Origin: Patescibacteria group bacterium
Lineage (GTDB): Bacteria; Patescibacteriota; Patescibacteriia; XYB2-FULL-38-15
Assembly (NCBI GenBank): GCA_041650995.1
Contig: JBAZJZ010000002.1
Location: 13,344-77,343, forward strand
Direction of reading: 5' to 3'
DNA: 64,000 nt
Under the pieces are notes generated by a model. That model saw only the letters and a program-made list of their open reading frames with translations. It was not told where the DNA came from and searched no databases. This document shows positions 1-10,629 of this stretch, in pieces. Every line of letters begins with the position of its first letter. Position 1 is the first letter of the stretch. The position numbers and the translations under genes are program-made.

Positions 1-1370
1 TCCGGAGACTTCAGAGCGAATACGAAAAATTGTTTGAAGAAAAAAATCGTTTGCGCGAGCGGGATATGATGATAAAAAATAAGATGGCGCTTGCCGAGCA
101 TGCGGAACTTGTCCGGCCAATGGCTATGCCAGCCAATGAAATTGAAATGACAGTGGAAGATTTATTTAAAAATTATGAAAATTTTGTTAAAAAATTAGTT
201 AAGGCGGAAGACACGAGCGCCCTAATTGATTTAAAAAAGGAAGCGGAAGGTTTGCGAAAAGAATTTGCGGATTTTTTTGCTAAACTGAAACGCGAGCCGG
301 CGAAAAAAGAAGCAGCGAAAATTGATCCGGCTCTTCCCAAGGAATTGGAAAAAATTGTCGGAGAAATTGAAAATATAAATCGCGCCCTGACCGAGGTTCA
401 GGTAAAAATTGAAAATTTCAACCGTGAGCAGGAAGCCGAACGGCGAAGTTTTTTTGAATTGCAGAGAAATCTTCAGTTAAAACAGCACGAGCTCTATATG
501 TTGTCTTCGGAAATAAACGCGATTCAAGTGGAAACTGCCGGAGCCGCGGCGCGGCGCGAAGATTTGGAACGGGAAATTAGGCAGGAAGTCGGTGATCCGG
601 CGGAACTTGGCGAGCCAGCTGGGTTTGAGCCGGATTGGCACGAGAAAATTTTTAAATTTAAACATCAGCTGGAATTAATTGGCGGTATTGATCCCGAAAC
701 GGAAAAAGAATATAAGGAATCAAGCGAGCGTTACGAATTTTTAAAAACCCAGATTGCCGATTTGCGCGGGGCGATAGATTCTCTAATGAAAGTAATCGGC
801 GAATTGGACGGAATTATTAAAAAACAATTTGATACGGCTTTTGGAAAAATTAATGATGAGTTTGAAAAATATTTTAAAATTTTGTTCGGCGGCGGCAAGG
901 CGCAATTGATTTTAAAAAAAGAAATTAAAGTTGATGAAGATGAAGCAGTAGCCGAAGGAGAAGAAGCGCCGGTTGAAGAAAAGAAAAAGAAAGGCGAAGA
1001 ATTTATCGCTGGAATTGAAGTGGAGGCCACTCCGCCAGGAAAACGGCTAAAAGGAATTGGAATGCTCTCCGGCGGCGAACGAGCGCTGACTTCCATCGCG
1101 CTTCTCTCGGCAATTATTTCCCAGAACCCCGCGCCATTCGTTGTTTTAGATGAAGTTGACGCGGCGCTTGATGAATCAAATTCAATCCGCTTTGCCAATG
1201 TTTTTGACGAGTTGACGGATAAAACCCAATTTATTTTAATCACCCATAATCGCGCTACGATGCAGAAAGCGAATATTCTCTATGGCGTGACCATGGAAGC
1301 GGACGGCGTTTCAAGGCTTCTGAGTTTGAATTTGGAGCAGGCCGAGAGGACGGTAAATATTGACAAGTAA
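1..1370 (+). CDS. smc: Chromosome segregation protein SMC, C-terminal part (5' end lies before window start)
   Basis: Coiled-coil-rich translation followed by ABC signature LSGGERALTSIALL and Walker B VVLDEVDAALDESN; ORF runs off the left edge. Confidence 0.85.
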   Translation, partial: RRLQSEYEKLFEEKNRLRERDMMIKNKMALAEHAELVRPMAMPANEIEMTVEDLFKNYENFVKKLVKAEDTSALIDLKKEAEGLRKEFADFFAKLKREPAKKEAAKIDPALPKELEKIVGEIENINRALTEVQVKIENFNREQEAERRSFFELQRNLQLKQHELYMLSSEINAIQVETAGAAARREDLEREIRQEVGDPAELGEPAGFEPDWHEKIFKFKHQLELIGGIDPETEKEYKESSERYEFLKTQIADLRGAIDSLMKVIGELDGIIKKQFDTAFGKINDEFEKYFKILFGGGKAQLILKKEIKVDEDEAVAEGEEAPVEEKKKKGEEFIAGIEVEATPPGKRLKGIGMLSGGERALTSIALLSAIISQNPAPFVVLDEVDAALDESNSIRFANVFDELTDKTQFILITHNRATMQKANILYGVTMEADGVSRLLSLNLEQAERTVNIDK

Positions 1371-1485
1371 TTGGCTATGAGGCAAGATGGCAGTATAATC
1401 AAAATTACCCAATTACTTAATTACCCAATTACGGCCCGCAGAAAGGTAAATGAGTAATTAAGTAATTAATTGTTTTTATAAAATT

Positions 1486-2034
1486 ATGTTAATGATTAGA
1501 CTATCTCGCACGGGCAAAAGCGCCCAGCCCAGCTATCGCGTGATTGTTTCGGAAAAAAGCAAAGATCCCTGGGGAAAATATTTAGAAATCCTCGGACATT
1601 ATTATCCAAAAAAGGAAGCCAAGCTAGTTGATCTTAAAGAAGAAAGATTAAAATATTGGATAGGAAAGGGCGCTAAACTTTCTGAAACCGTAAACAATAT
1701 TTTAGTTAATCAGGGAGTGATAAACGCGCCGAAAGTTCGAATGGTGAAAATCAGCAAACGGCGCGCGGCTAAGGCGGCGGAAAGTAAAAAAGCCAGCGAA
1801 GCAGCTCCGGCGGTTCCCAAAGCTGAAGCACAGACTGAAGCGGCAAAACCCGAAGAGCCAAAAACTGAAACCGTCGCCGAAGAAAAAAAAGAAGAGCCAA
1901 AGGCTGAGGCGCCAGTTGAAGAGGTGAAAATTGAAGCCTCTGCAGAGGAAGGGAAGACAGAAGAAGCGACCAAGGTTGAAGAGAAACTAGAAGCCCCGGC
2001 CGAGGAAACGAAATCAGAAGAGGCAAAGGCGTAA
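1486..2034 (+). CDS. rpsP: 30S ribosomal protein S16 with Lys/Ala/Glu-rich C-terminal extension
   Basis: N-terminus MLMIRLSRTGKSAQPSYRVIV...GHYYP is canonical S16; synteny rpsP-KH-trmD. Confidence 0.9.
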   Translation: MLMIRLSRTGKSAQPSYRVIVSEKSKDPWGKYLEILGHYYPKKEAKLVDLKEERLKYWIGKGAKLSETVNNILVNQGVINAPKVRMVKISKRRAAKAAESKKASEAAPAVPKAEAQTEAAKPEEPKTETVAEEKKEEPKAEAPVEEVKIEASAEEGKTEEATKVEEKLEAPAEETKSEEAKA

Positions 2035-2145
2035 GGGTTGACAATTTTTGAAAAAAATGTTATTGTAATAATATAAATAGCTCTTCTGTGCATGGTCGAA
2101 CAGCAAAGTAGCTATTTTCTGAACATTAAACAAGAAAAGAAACGT

Positions 2146-2466
2146 ATGGCAGAAAAAGATCAAGAGTTCGTTGAATACATCGTGAAACAGATCGTCAATC
2201 ATCCGGAAGACGTTAAGACCGAAAGAACGGTCGACGAAATGGGAGTTTTAATCACTCTCAAAATTCATCCGGAAGATATGGGTTATGTGATCGGCAAGCA
2301 GGGTCAAACCGCTCGCTCAATCAGAACTCTATTGAAGATCGTCGGCGCGAAGGAAAAAGCCAGAGTCAATTTGAAAATCTACGAACCGGAAGGTTCACGG
2401 ATGAATCGAAGAGGCCCGGCTCCTTCTTCCGATGTTGACGCAGATGTTGAAGACTTGAAAATCTAA
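2146..2466 (+). CDS. KH-domain RNA-binding protein (YlqC/UPF0109-like)
   Basis: GYVIGKQGQTARSIRTLL KH motif; sits between rpsP and trmD as in the conserved rpsP-ylqC-rimM-trmD cluster; start chosen at MAEKDQEF (2146) rather than ORF-track start 2092. Confidence 0.7.
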   Translation: MAEKDQEFVEYIVKQIVNHPEDVKTERTVDEMGVLITLKIHPEDMGYVIGKQGQTARSIRTLLKIVGAKEKARVNLKIYEPEGSRMNRRGPAPSSDVDADVEDLKI

Positions 2467-2637
2467 AACATCAATATATAAAAATAACACACCACAAGTT
2501 GGTGTGTTATTTTATTGGCAAGTGAGTGAGAGAAATGAAAAATTTTTTTCATTTCCGAGCGAGCGCAGCCAACACAGGGCGCATGCCCTTTATTCTGAAA
2601 ACTCGACAGACGGGCCAAGAGATAATACAATTTAAAT

Positions 2638-3300
2638 ATGCTTCAATTTGATATCATCACAATTTTTCCAAAAATTTTTTCCTCTTATTTCTCCGAGAGC
2701 ATAATTTCGCGCGGACAAAAAAAGAAATTGATAAAAATAAATATCCATGATTTACGGAAGTGGACTTCTGATAAGCGCAAAACGGTTGACGACAAGCCGT
2801 ACGGCGGCGGGCCGGGGATGGTTTTAAAAGTTGAGCCGTTCGCCAAGGCACTCCGCGCGATGAAGAAAAATAAAAAAACAAGAGTGATTTTGTTTTCCGC
2901 CGGAGGAAAACAGTTTGATAATACGGTGGCGGCCGAGTTCGCAAAAAAATATGATCGTCTAATTTTAATTTGTGGCCACTACGAAGGCGTGGACGAGCGC
3001 GTGAAAAAAATTATTAAAGAGTTAGGTTTTGAATTTTCGGAAATTTCTATTGGTCCGTACGTTTTGACTGGTGGCGAACTGCCGGCCATGGTTTTGGTGG
3101 ATGCTGTGGCGCGGCAAATCCCCGGAGTTTTAGGAAAGACTGAATCGCTTGAAGAAAAACGTTTAGGCATCGGCGTACCGGTCTACACCCGTCCGGAAAT
3201 TTTTAAATTTCTTAATAAAAAATATCAGGTGCCGAAAGTTTTATTGTCCGGAGATCATAAAAAAATTGAAGAGTGGCGGTTGAAACAAATAAAAAAATAA
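2638..3300 (+). CDS. trmD: tRNA (guanine37-N1)-methyltransferase TrmD
   Basis: MLQFDIITIFPKIF N-terminus, SPOUT fold motifs (DDKPYGGGPGMVL, ICGHYEGVDERV). Confidence 0.9.
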   Translation: MLQFDIITIFPKIFSSYFSESIISRGQKKKLIKINIHDLRKWTSDKRKTVDDKPYGGGPGMVLKVEPFAKALRAMKKNKKTRVILFSAGGKQFDNTVAAEFAKKYDRLILICGHYEGVDERVKKIIKELGFEFSEISIGPYVLTGGELPAMVLVDAVARQIPGVLGKTESLEEKRLGIGVPVYTRPEIFKFLNKKYQVPKVLLSGDHKKIEEWRLKQIKK

Positions 3301-3311
3301 ATTTTTATATA

Positions 3312-3346
3312 AAGGATAGTCCTTGTACAATAAGGACTGTCCTTTT
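3312..3346 (+). terminator. Hairpin terminator after trmD
   Basis: aaggatagtccttgtacaataaggactgtcctttt imperfect inverted repeat plus T run. Confidence 0.5.
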
Positions 3347-3442
3347 GGTTGCCCTTGACTTTTTAAAAATTCATGTTAATATAAAGCGTTGTCCTCAAGG
3401 GTGAGGCAATCTGTCTGGCATTTCGCCGACAGAAAACGGCCA

Positions 3443-3462
3443 GTCCCGCAGTACTGCGGGAC
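3443..3462 (+). promoter_or_regulatory. GC hairpin motif gtcccgcagtactgcgggac upstream of RBS of high-GC gene
   Basis: Perfect 8-bp inverted repeat; same motif recurs at 4811, 38297, 46232. Confidence 0.5.
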
Positions 3463-3487
3463 GAGCCAAAAGAAAGGAGGGCGAGCC

Positions 3488-4288
3488 ATGAAGGCGAGCC
3501 CGACGCTGACCGCCGATTTGCGGCGGGGAGACGAAACCCAGGTGCTCTTGAAACTGCAGCAGGATGGCGTGACGCCGGACGACTACGCCGCAATCGCCGC
3601 GAACGAGGCGATGCGGGCCGACATCGTGGCGGCCATCCAGAAGTACCGTCTTTTCACGCCGCCCGAGGAGCAGGTGAAGATCCTTCTTCGGCTCAACGGT
3701 CTCCTCTGGTGCGATCCGGCCATCACGGCCGAAGCGATCGCCGCTCTGGGGGCCCCGCCCACCGCGCCGGATTCGGGCAAGAACGTCCTTTACGCGGTCG
3801 TCCTGCTCTACGAGACGGGCGACGCGCTCACAACTTTCCAGCGGAACTGGGAGGCCTGCGTCGCGATTCACGGCGAGGAGCGAACCTGGAAGTGGGACGG
3901 CCTCGTCATGACGCCCAAGGGCGTGCGGCCCCGTGAGAAGGCCAAGCCGCGCCCCGCGGGTCTCCGCTGGGCCGTGGCCGAACTCGGTCGCGCCTACCAG
4001 GATATCGCGGTGCGTGACGCGCGCGTCGTTCAGGGTTCCACGGAACTCATGGGCATGGGGCAGGAACTGCCCTTGATCGCGGCTCTGCATCCGCGCTGGG
4101 CCACCTCCATGAACGGCAAGACGATTCCGTTCGTGGACGCGCTCGACCTGGAAGTTGCGCCGGACGGCGAGGGCGAGTTCGGCTACGCTCCGTGCCTCAA
4201 CTTCGACCGCGACTACGGCAAGGTTCACCTCAACGCCGACGACGTCGACAATTCGCTTCGGAACTTCGGTTCGGGTTCCCTTCAGTAG
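3488..4288 (+). CDS. High-GC hypothetical protein (266 aa), no recognisable domain, no signal peptide
   Basis: ORF in about 900 bp island of about 66% GC within about 38% GC flanks; RBS aaggagg 8 nt upstream of ATG 3488; own promoter (ttgact-17-taatat about 3352-3385) and own terminator at 4361-4393. Antisense ORF 3395..4354 judged GC artefact. Confidence 0.5.
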   Translation: MKASPTLTADLRRGDETQVLLKLQQDGVTPDDYAAIAANEAMRADIVAAIQKYRLFTPPEEQVKILLRLNGLLWCDPAITAEAIAALGAPPTAPDSGKNVLYAVVLLYETGDALTTFQRNWEACVAIHGEERTWKWDGLVMTPKGVRPREKAKPRPAGLRWAVAELGRAYQDIAVRDARVVQGSTELMGMGQELPLIAALHPRWATSMNGKTIPFVDALDLEVAPDGEGEFGYAPCLNFDRDYGKVHLNADDVDNSLRNFGSGSLQ

Positions 4289-4360
4289 TGTGTCTCTTGA
4301 CGCCTTGAGTCTTTGGTTCTTTGGAACTTGAGGCCTTGGCGTTTTGGACCACATTCCGCG

Positions 4361-4393
4361 AGGGCAGGTTTCTACGATCTGCCCTCTTTTTTT
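4361..4393 (+). terminator. Rho-independent terminator of high-GC gene
   Basis: gagggcaggtttctacgatctgccctc followed by ttttttt. Confidence 0.6.
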
Positions 4394-4581
4394 ATTTTCA
4401 AATTTTTTATAAAATAATATTATTTAAGATGTCATCCTCGGATTTAATTCGGGGATCCAGTAAATTATTTTTTTTGGATTCCCGCTGGAGTTTACCCCGC
4501 ACTTGATGCGGTACGGGAATGACAAACAAGAAGAATTTTTATTTGAATATTTTAATTGTGGAAAAAGTGTGGAAAAGGGTC

Positions 4582-4610
4582 TTGACACAAAAAATCAAAG
4601 GAGTTAAAAT
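4582..4610 (+). promoter_or_regulatory. rRNA promoter P1 (TTGACA-17-TAAAAT)
   Basis: cttgacacaaaaaatcaaaggagttaaaat, about 260 nt upstream of 16S. Confidence 0.55.
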
Positions 4611-4684
4611 ACACTTGTTCTTGAAAGTTGTTGCGTTTTTTGATTTATAATTAAGCAAAAAACAGCCAAACACATATTTGAAAA

Positions 4685-4713
4685 TTGACAATTTAGAAAG
4701 AACATTGTAATAT
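4685..4713 (+). promoter_or_regulatory. rRNA promoter P2 (TTGACA-17-TAATAT)
   Basis: ttgacaatttagaaagaacattgtaatat; tandem with P1 as typical for rrn operons. Confidence 0.55.
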
Positions 4714-4810
4714 ACTTTTGTCGCTAGAAATAGCGACATTTAGTATCCATTTCTTTGACAACTTAAAGTAATAGAAGTACGCCAATTTGTTCTAGTTCTC
4801 AAACTAGAAC

Positions 4811-4828
4811 ATCCCGCAGAAATGCGGG
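4811..4828 (+). promoter_or_regulatory. GC hairpin motif tcccgcagaaatgcggga in 16S leader
   Basis: Same inverted-repeat family as 3443/38297/46232; preceded by second hairpin gttctagttctcaaactagaac. Confidence 0.5.
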
Positions 4829-4865
4829 ACCTTATAAAGTATTTAGTTTCATCTTGAACAACAAA

Positions 4866-6461
<1,596 letters not shown>

Positions 6462-6668
6462 AGGGAGAAAATAATATTGTCCCCCTCACGGGACAAGATT
6501 GGTCGAAGTTTCATTTATTTGAAACTTTCAACAGTTATTAGGTGTGAAAAAAAGACAGAAAGCCGTACTTCTATTACTTCAAGTCGTCAAAAATAAAAAT
6601 GATTGGTAAACTCTTGCAAGAACCAATCATTTTTGTTATCATTTTAGAAACACTTTTGGTGGGTTTAT

Positions 6669-6745
6669 GGGCGCGTAGCTCAGTCGGTTAGAGCGCGTCA
6701 CTGATAATGACGAGGTCGGAGGTTCGATTCCTCCCGCGCCCACCA
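6669..6745 (+). tRNA. tRNA-Ile (GAU), CCA encoded
   Basis: Cloverleaf: gggcgcg/cgcgccc acceptor, anticodon loop ctgataa, T-loop ttcgatt. Confidence 0.9.
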
Positions 6746-6798
6746 AAGAATTACACCAAAGAATTAAGCAAGGAAATTTTTATATTATATTTTAGTAT

Positions 6799-6870
6799 GC
6801 CGGGGTAGCTCAGTGGTAGAGCGAAGGACTGAAAATCCTTGCGTCGTGAGTCCGATTCTCACCCCCGGCA
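6799..6870 (+). tRNA. tRNA-Phe (GAA)
   Basis: gccgggg/ccccggc acceptor, D-arm gctcagtggtagagc, anticodon loop ctgaaaa, T-arm gtgagtccgattctcac. Confidence 0.85.
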
Positions 6871-6886
6871 TTTCGCGTTTTAAAAC

Positions 6887-6957
6887 CGGGGTGTAGTACA
6901 ACGGTAGTATGCATGCTTTGGGAGCATGAGACCCGGGTTCAATTCCCGGCACCCCGA
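6887..6957 (+). tRNA. tRNA-Pro (UGG)
   Basis: cggggtg/caccccg acceptor, anticodon stem catgc/gcatg with loop tttggga, T-arm ccgggttcaattcccgg. Confidence 0.75.
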
Positions 6958-6969
6958 TTTGGATAAATT

Positions 6970-7548
6970 ATGCTTAAATTTATTAGCGATACAACCTGGG
7001 AAGAGGTTTTTGAAAAATGGAGAAATCGCGAGGCTAATAACCCCGGATGGATTAGGACTGCCACGGAAATTAAAGGTTGGCCGGATTGGGAATCATGGAG
7101 AAGATTTTCAGCCGCACAAATTGACGCAGAAAAACGGGTTTGGAAAATTTATGAATTTACGGATCCTATAAATGATATTTCAGCGATGCTTGTTGGTCCA
7201 TACGGCGGATGGCAAGGAAGATTGCCAGAAAAGAACAAAAATTCCTTTGAAGAATTGCTAAGTATCCCCAAGAATTACGATTTTTTTAGAAATCATGATG
7301 CAGTTGCGGCCTTGGCAAGAAATTTTCCTTGCCCCACGGAATTTATCGGGTTAGTTAGAGAAGATAATGGAAAATTAGTTTGCCTCGAAGGTCATCATCG
7401 GGCGACGGCAATAGCTTTAGTCAAAAAAGAAGGCAGAAAAATTGATTGTAAAAATATAAAAATAGCTGTGACTCGATTACCAAAAGATGAGTGTGAAATT
7501 TTGGAGAAGATCCTCCAACGCGGGACATCGAAAAATTCGGAACTTTAA
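6970..7548 (+). CDS. Hypothetical protein (192 aa) with LEGHHRATAIAL motif, possibly ParB/sulfiredoxin-like fold
   Basis: ORF directly after tRNA cluster; motif resemblance only. Confidence 0.45.
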   Translation: MLKFISDTTWEEVFEKWRNREANNPGWIRTATEIKGWPDWESWRRFSAAQIDAEKRVWKIYEFTDPINDISAMLVGPYGGWQGRLPEKNKNSFEELLSIPKNYDFFRNHDAVAALARNFPCPTEFIGLVREDNGKLVCLEGHHRATAIALVKKEGRKIDCKNIKIAVTRLPKDECEILEKILQRGTSKNSEL

Positions 7549-7553
7549 ATAGT

Positions 7554-7624
7554 GCGGGATTAGTATAGTGGCAGTACGACTCTCTTCCAAGGAGTAGGCG
7601 CCAGTTCGATTCTGGTATCCCGCT
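7554..7624 (+). tRNA. tRNA-Gly (UCC)
   Basis: gcgggat/atcccgc acceptor, anticodon stem actct/ggagt with loop cttccaa, T-loop ttcgatt. Confidence 0.8.
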
Positions 7625-7649
7625 TTTTTGAAAAATAAAGAAATAAAAT

Positions 7650-8393
7650 ATGAATCCCCTGCTTTGGATTATTGGAAGTACAATTATTGTCAGTTTGATC
7701 TCATTGATCGGTGTTTTTACTTTGGCTTTGCGGGAGAAATATTTGGAGAAAATATTGCTTACGCTCGTGGCGTTGGCTTCGGGTGCTCTGATGGGCGGCG
7801 CCTTTATCCACCTTCTTCCTGAGGCGATAGAAAAAGCAGATGGTAAGCCGATTTTTATTTGGGTGCTCGTTGCTTTTGTGGCATTTTTTATTATAGAAAA
7901 AGTTTTACAATGGAGACATTGCCATAAGGAGAAGTGCGAAGTTCACACTTTTGGTTATATGACGCTTTTGGGCGACGGGGCTCACAATTTTATTGATGGT
8001 TTAATCATTGCCGCGGCTTTTGTGGAGGGTACGAGTTTAGGGCTTGTTGTGACGGCTGTAGTTATTTTACATGAAGTCCCTCAAGAAATCGGCGATTTTG
8101 GTACGCTTCTTTATTCCGGTTTTCAAAAGAAAAAAGCTCTTCTTATGAATTTTTTGAGTGCCGTCACGGCAGTGGCAGGCGGAATTATTGGTTATTTTTT
8201 GGCCAATGCCTCGGAAAGTTTTGTCAATGTGTTGATTCCCTTCGCGGCTGGTGGCTTTATTTATATAGGTGCTTCTGATCTTCTTCCTGAAATTAGAAAA
8301 ACTACCAAGATTAAAGAATCAATTGGTACGTTAGCGATGTTCATTTTGGGGGTGGTCATAGTCTATTTAATGAGATTTTTAGATATTGAATAA
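7650..8393 (+). CDS. zupT: ZIP-family zinc/iron permease (ZupT-like)
   Basis: HNFIDGL...LHEVPQEIGDFG signature, 8 TM segments. Confidence 0.85.
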   Translation: MNPLLWIIGSTIIVSLISLIGVFTLALREKYLEKILLTLVALASGALMGGAFIHLLPEAIEKADGKPIFIWVLVAFVAFFIIEKVLQWRHCHKEKCEVHTFGYMTLLGDGAHNFIDGLIIAAAFVEGTSLGLVVTAVVILHEVPQEIGDFGTLLYSGFQKKKALLMNFLSAVTAVAGGIIGYFLANASESFVNVLIPFAAGGFIYIGASDLLPEIRKTTKIKESIGTLAMFILGVVIVYLMRFLDIE

Positions 8394-8396
8394 AAT

Positions 8397-8846
8397 ATGA
8401 AAATAAAAAATGTAATGGTTAAAAAAGTTATCACAGTTAAAAGGGAGCAGACTTTAATTGAAGCGGCTCAAATTTTCGTTAAAAATAATATTAGCGGCGC
8501 GCCAGTCGTTGATGGGCGAGGAAAATTAGTAGGTATGCTTTCAGAAAAAGATTTATTCAGAGCATTGTATCCAGACGTAAGGGATATTTTAAAAGACGTC
8601 CGCCTTTGGCTTGGCAAAGAAAAAATTAAACATCGCGTAGAGGCCAAGCGAGGAATAATGGTAGAAAAATTAATGATTAAAAAAATTATTTCCATTGATC
8701 CCGACGCAGAAATTTTGGAAGCGGGATCAATAATGCTCACTACTAAAATTCATCGCCTGCCCGTTGTAAAAAATAAAAAATTAATTGGTATTGTTAGCCG
8801 CCCTGATATTTTTAGAAATTTATTAAAGGCAGATCTCCAAATCTGA
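8397..8846 (+). CDS. CBS-pair domain protein
   Basis: Two CBS motifs (GAPVVDGRGKLVGMLSEKDL; HRLPVVKNKKLIGIVSRPDI). Confidence 0.8.
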   Translation: MKIKNVMVKKVITVKREQTLIEAAQIFVKNNISGAPVVDGRGKLVGMLSEKDLFRALYPDVRDILKDVRLWLGKEKIKHRVEAKRGIMVEKLMIKKIISIDPDAEILEAGSIMLTTKIHRLPVVKNKKLIGIVSRPDIFRNLLKADLQI

Positions 8847-8883
8847 GATGATTTGCCAGTATGAGGGAGTGAGGGTGAAGGGG

Positions 8884-8912
8884 TTGACAGAATAGCCAAA
8901 ATATGGTATATT
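8884..8912 (+). promoter_or_regulatory. Sigma70-like promoter TTGACA-17-TATATT for 3D-domain gene
   Basis: gggttgacagaatagccaaaatatggtatatt. Confidence 0.5.
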
Positions 8913-8955
8913 AAAAAGTCCCCAAAATGAGGGATTTTTTAAAACTAAAACAAAA

Positions 8956-9465
8956 ATGAAAAAATTATCCAAAATTATGAAATCAAAGAAGCAAAAGCCA
9001 AATGTAGTGCATTTTGCTGTTATTTTAGCCATTTTTGCCGATTTGATGTTTCCTAAGGCCACAGCGGCCGATAGCTTGGTTCCTTCTTTTACCGCCATGG
9101 CCGGTGAGTCTTTTTTGGAAGAAATGGCTTCAAAAGACGAACCGGGTCATCTCGTGCGTGCCGAGGATAAGGAGCCTGTAAAGGTAATTTATGTTACTGT
9201 GACTGCTTACTCCAGTACTCCTGATCAGACTGACGACTCCCCATTTATCACGGCTAATGGTACCTGGGTTCATGACGGAACTTTAGCTGCGAACTTTTTA
9301 CGCTTTGGCACAAAAGTTCGTTTTCCGGATTACTCAGGGGATAAGGTTTATGTAGTTGAAGATCGGATGAATCAACGCTATACTTACCGCGCTGACATCT
9401 GGATGGAAACTCGTGAAGCAGCCAAGCAATTCGGCGTTAGAACTCTTAAAATGGAAATTTACTAA
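8956..9465 (+). CDS. Secreted 3D (Asp-Asp-Asp) domain protein (MltA/YabE-like)
   Basis: Signal peptide; TAYSSTPDQTDDSPFITANGT...YVVEDRMNQRY matches 3D-domain pattern. Confidence 0.7.
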   Translation: MKKLSKIMKSKKQKPNVVHFAVILAIFADLMFPKATAADSLVPSFTAMAGESFLEEMASKDEPGHLVRAEDKEPVKVIYVTVTAYSSTPDQTDDSPFITANGTWVHDGTLAANFLRFGTKVRFPDYSGDKVYVVEDRMNQRYTYRADIWMETREAAKQFGVRTLKMEIY

Positions 9466-9489
9466 GACGAAAAATAAAGAAGAAATATA

Positions 9490-9517
9490 AAAAGGGTTGC
9501 CAAAGGCAGCCTTTTTT
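9490..9517 (+). terminator. Rho-independent terminator
   Basis: gggttgccaaaggcagcc hairpin plus tttttt. Confidence 0.5.
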
Positions 9518-9582
9518 GTTAAATTGAAAGTGCCGGGTAATTTATCCGGCACTTTCATCCCGAGCAATATCGAGGGATCCCT

Positions 9583-9657
9583 GGCCACGTAGCCAAGTGG
9601 TAAGGCAGGAGTCTGCAAAACTCCTATGCGCCGGTTCAATTCCGGCCGTGGCCTCCA
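9583..9657 (+). tRNA. tRNA-Ala (UGC), CCA encoded
   Basis: ggccacg/cgtggcc acceptor with G3-U70, anticodon loop ctgcaaa, T-loop ttcaatt. Confidence 0.85.
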
Positions 9658-9686
9658 GGTTTTATTGGAATTTTTAGTTTTGATTC

Positions 9687-10601
9687 ATGGCAAATAAATT
9701 TATTATTATTGACGGCAATGCGATTCTTCATCGCGCCTGGCATGCCTTGCCGCCGCTCACAACGCCAACTGGCGAAATGGTAAATGCCGCGTATGGCTTC
9801 ACTTTGATTTTGATGAAGGCGTTGAAAGATATCCAACCAAAATATGCGGCCGTAACTTTTGACAGGAAAGAAAAAACCTTCCGCCACGAAATGTATACTG
9901 AATATAAAGCTACCCGCGTGAAGCAACCAGATGAACTTTATGCTCAAATTCCAATTATTAAAAAAATTGTCACGGCGTTTGGGATGCCGATTTATGAGAA
10001 AGAACGTTTTGAGGCCGATGACGTGATTGCCACGATTTGTAAAAATAAAGAAGTTAACAAACCTGACGTGGAGTCAATTGTCGTTACGGGCGATATGGAC
10101 ACATTGCAGTTGGTAGATGACAATACAAAAGTTTACGCTTTGCGCAAAGGTATCACGGATACGGTTATTTATGATGAAGGTGCGGTTTTGAAAAAATATG
10201 AGCTTAGACCAGATCAATTAAATGATTTTAAGGCGATGCGCGGTGACCCGTCGGATAATATTCCCGGCGCGAAGGGTATTGGCGATGTCGGCGCGGCCGC
10301 GCTCATCAAAGAATTTGGGTCAATTGAGAAAATGTATGAAGCTATAGAAAAAAATGATACTCGCTTGGAAAAGTTCAAACCGCGATTAATAGAAATTTTG
10401 AAAAAAGAAAAAGATAATGTTTTTTTAGGTAAAAAGTTGGTGACACTAGTTTCAGATGCGCCGGTAGATTTTTATCTTGGAGACTGCAAAATAAAAATTG
10501 ATCCGGGCTCAGTGGCGAAAATTTTTAAAGATTTGGGTTTTATGTCACTTCTTAAAAAAGTTGATGAATTAGCCGGTGGCGCGCAGAGTAATTTATTATG
10601 A
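9687..10601 (+). CDS. 5'-3' exonuclease (stand-alone DNA pol I N-terminal domain)
   Basis: MANKFIIIDGNAILHRAWHALPP start and FEN/53EXO motifs (GDMDTLQLVDD, GIGDVGAAALIKEFGS H3TH). Confidence 0.85.
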   Translation: MANKFIIIDGNAILHRAWHALPPLTTPTGEMVNAAYGFTLILMKALKDIQPKYAAVTFDRKEKTFRHEMYTEYKATRVKQPDELYAQIPIIKKIVTAFGMPIYEKERFEADDVIATICKNKEVNKPDVESIVVTGDMDTLQLVDDNTKVYALRKGITDTVIYDEGAVLKKYELRPDQLNDFKAMRGDPSDNIPGAKGIGDVGAAALIKEFGSIEKMYEAIEKNDTRLEKFKPRLIEILKKEKDNVFLGKKLVTLVSDAPVDFYLGDCKIKIDPGSVAKIFKDLGFMSLLKKVDELAGGAQSNLL

Positions 10602-10629
10602 AAATTAAATCGTCTTCACTGCGGTTAAT

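Noticed and set aside
3395-4354. 319-aa minus-strand ORF, and other antisense or out-of-frame ORFs (3363..3593, 3583..3780, 3709..3936), inside the high-GC island
   Set aside because: High GC suppresses stop codons on all frames. The plus-strand ORF has an RBS and flanking promoter and terminator, while the antisense ORF has none and an Arg/Pro-rich junk composition.
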